7,405 bases of DNA from contig NZ_NVQC01000014.1 in the NCBI RefSeq assembly GCF_003044035.1, positions 1 to 7,405 on the forward strand, read 5' to 3'. The DNA is from Candidatus Methylomirabilis limnetica. GTDB taxonomy: Bacteria > Methylomirabilota > Methylomirabilia > Methylomirabilales > Methylomirabilaceae. Every line of letters starts with the position of its first letter. The first letter of the stretch is position 1. The position numbers and the translations under genes were made by a program. Below are positions 5,857 to 7,405 of the stretch, piece after piece. The notes beneath the pieces were generated by a model that did not search any database, had not been told where the DNA came from, and saw nothing but the letters and a program-made list of their open reading frames with translations.

Positions 5857-6837
5857 ATGCTTGAAATTAGCAACTGCAACAATATTGATAGCGGGAAAAT
5901 CAGCATTGAGAAGCTGAAGCTGAACATCAAATACGCGATGAACGGAATCGGTAAGAGTACCATTGCGCGTGCCATTGAGCTTCAATTACGAGGCGACGGA
6001 AGCATCAAGGAACTAACGCCTTTTAAGCTGCAGGAATCCGGAGTGGAAGACCAGCAGCCGCAAGTTGCGGGCCTTGATGATGTTAAGAGCGTCAAAGTTT
6101 TTAACGACGACTACATCAACCAATTCGCCTTCAAGCAGGACGAAGTGCTGGCCAATAGCTTTGAGATATTTATCAAAACCGCGGATTACGAAAAGCAGAT
6201 CAATGCAATCGAAGGGATCATCGCAAACATAAAGGAAACGTTCCGAGACTCAGAAGAGATTAACCAGGTCATTTCAGATCTAGCGACTCTCAGCGACAGT
6301 TTTGGAAAATCAAAATCAGGCTACTCTGAAGCAAGCGCTCTAGCGAAAGGAATCGGCAAGGGGAACAAAGTTTCCAACATTCCAGCGGGCCTGGAAAGTT
6401 ATACCGCATATCTGCAGAGCCCACAGAATTCAAAGTGGCTGAAGTGGCTTATGGACGGCAACACCTATTCGAGTCTGTCCGACAATTGCCCATACTGCAC
6501 TTCGCCGACGAAAGACAAGAAGGATGTCATATCGAAAGTGAGCAAGGAATTCGATGCGAAATCGATAGAGCATCTCAATAAAATAATTGCAGTACTCGAC
6601 AGTTTGGGGAAATATTTTTCAAAAGATGCCAATGAAAAGTTGCGCGCACTGACAAACAATATAAAAGGCCTTTCAAAAGAGCAGCTCAGCTACCTCGTCC
6701 GGATAAAGGACCAAGCAGATACGCTGAGATGGAGAATGGTCAACCTGAAGGGCATGACTTATTTCTCCATGAAAGATGCGGGGGAGGTTTCCGATTTCGG
6801 TCCTTCCGGAACGAGTGTGGGTGACCACAACCGGTAG
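5857..6837 (+). CDS. P-loop ATPase N-terminal fragment (AAA_13 / ABC-like, RloC/PrrC-like architecture suspected); native sequence ends ~6778 and the last ~19 codons are read-through into the ISL3 end
   Basis: Walker A in the typical AAA_13 context is LNIKYAMNGIGKSTIARAI (NGIGKST = 5941-5961). It is followed by a long helical, coiled-coil-like region and a CPYC motif (6487-6498) reminiscent of a zinc hook. No Walker B or signature motif appears before the stop, whereas related full-length proteins are, to my knowledge, about twice this size. The RBS AAGGAAGG (5841-5848) precedes the ATG at 5857. The gene is visibly AT-rich compared with its neighbours. Confidence 0.6.
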   Translation: MLEISNCNNIDSGKISIEKLKLNIKYAMNGIGKSTIARAIELQLRGDGSIKELTPFKLQESGVEDQQPQVAGLDDVKSVKVFNDDYINQFAFKQDEVLANSFEIFIKTADYEKQINAIEGIIANIKETFRDSEEINQVISDLATLSDSFGKSKSGYSEASALAKGIGKGNKVSNIPAGLESYTAYLQSPQNSKWLKWLMDGNTYSSLSDNCPYCTSPTKDKKDVISKVSKEFDAKSIEHLNKIIAVLDSLGKYFSKDANEKLRALTNNIKGLSKEQLSYLVRIKDQADTLRWRMVNLKGMTYFSMKDAGEVSDFGPSGTSVGDHNR

Positions 6838-7405
6838 TGGCTGGGTAAGGATGGATATTCGACATCAGGGAGCGATCCGACGAGACTCTTCTAGGGTCGA
6901 AGAGGAGACTGCGGCATGGAAGACAGGCTGTTGTATGCGAAGTTGCTTGGCATCGAGTTCCCGTGGCTGATCAGCAGAGTTCAAGTGGATATGCCGGCGG
7001 AGCGCATCGACGTTTGGGTCGAGGAGGCGTCGGGAGCGCGCTTTGCGTGCGCGGTGTGCCAACAGGACGCGCCGGTGTACGACCACACGCCGGAGCAAGC
7101 ATGGCGACATCTGGATACCTGCCAATGTCGAACCTACGTTCATGCAAGTCTGCCGCGAACCAATTGCCCCAAGGACGGGGTCAAGCAGGTTCGATCTCCG
7201 TGGGCGGAACCGAGGTCGCAGTTCACGCGGTTGTTTGAGATGCGAATGATCGACACGCTCAAGGAATGTGACGTGACGGGTGTGACGCGACTTACGGGAA
7301 CCTCGTGGGACGAGACCTGGGGCGTGATGATGCGTGCGGTCGACCGCGGACTGGCGCGGAAAGACCGGCGCGTGCCGGCGCGCATCGGCATTGACGAGAA
7401 GTCGG
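6780..7405 (+). mobile_element. ISL3-family insertion sequence, left end (boundary approximate, 6775..6790); continues beyond the right edge
   Basis: Composition switches abruptly from AT-rich ATPase coding sequence to GC-rich sequence at ~6778-6785 (…TTCTCCATGAAAGATGCG|GGGGAGGTTTCCGATTTCGG…). An ISL3 transposase gene begins about 135 nt downstream, which is the usual layout for this family. The inverted repeat was not verified. Confidence 0.6.
6916..7405 (+). CDS. ISL3-family transposase, N-terminal ~163 aa (runs off the right edge)
   Basis: Hand translation from ATG 6916 (RBS AGGAG at 6902-6906, in-frame TAG at 6892-6894 upstream) has no stop to 7405. It reads MEDRLLYAKLLGIEFPWLISRVQVDMPAERIDVWVEEASGARFACAVCQQDAPVYDHTPEQAWRHLDTCQCRTYVHASLPRTNCPKDGVKQVRSPWAEPRSQFTRLFEMRMIDTLKECDVTGVTRLTGTSWDETWGVMMRAVDRGLARKDRRVPARIGIDEKS. 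The N-terminal zinc-finger layout (C.VC....YDH....WRHLD......L...PR..CP..GV.QV..PWA...S.FT..FE) and the IGIDE motif are characteristic of ISL3 transposases. Confidence 0.85.
   Translation, partial: MEDRLLYAKLLGIEFPWLISRVQVDMPAERIDVWVEEASGARFACAVCQQDAPVYDHTPEQAWRHLDTCQCRTYVHASLPRTNCPKDGVKQVRSPWAEPRSQFTRLFEMRMIDTLKECDVTGVTRLTGTSWDETWGVMMRAVDRGLARKDRRVPARIGIDEKS

Noticed and set aside
5161-5857. Short ORFs inside the intron (5161..5355 -, 5200..5388 +, 5528..5857 -), considered as a possible intron-encoded protein or small gene
   Set aside because: None has reverse-transcriptase or maturase motifs, two are on the wrong strand, and all cross conserved ribozyme helices. The region is better explained as structured RNA.
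6776-7391. ORFs 6776..6970 +, 6865..7143 -, 6963..7238 +, 7043..7249 +, 7140..7391 -
   Set aside because: All are shadow frames of the edge-truncated ISL3 transposase gene (6916..7405 +), which has strong family motifs.
1-7405. The idea that the two flanking IS elements form a composite transposon carrying the R-M/intron/ATPase segment
   Set aside because: The elements belong to different families (IS21 versus ISL3). Each disrupts a gene (hsdS and the ATPase gene), which indicates independent insertions rather than a cooperating pair.

Overview
GC-rich bacterial window containing an eroded defence or accessory locus, bracketed by two unrelated insertion sequences. From left to right: (1) The istA-proximal end of an IS21-family element lies on the minus strand; the istA N-terminus at 541..1 runs off the window. 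Its insertion appears to have removed the 5' half of a type I R-M specificity gene. (2) A tightly coupled + strand operon follows: hsdS' (single target-recognition domain), hsdR (973 aa) and radC (JAB/JAMM protein). (3) A 60-nt attC-like imperfect palindrome is split at GT|T by a roughly 742-nt structured RNA at 5073..5814. I read this RNA as a complete group IIC (class C) group II intron ribozyme: 5' GUGUG, a 34-nt domain V with a CGC triad, and a domain VI with a GUGA loop and bulged A. It has no intron-encoded reverse transcriptase, so it is an ORF-less, HYER-like ribozyme. (4) Immediately after the intron, base composition drops sharply into an AT-rich gene for a Walker-A/CxxC ATPase (AAA_13, RloC/PrrC-like). 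This gene is cut at its 3' end by (5) an ISL3-family element whose transposase N-terminus (6916..7405) runs off the right edge. The two partial transposase genes are absent from the supplied ORF track because they cross the window edges; I translated them by hand. I saw no CRISPR array, tRNA or rRNA.
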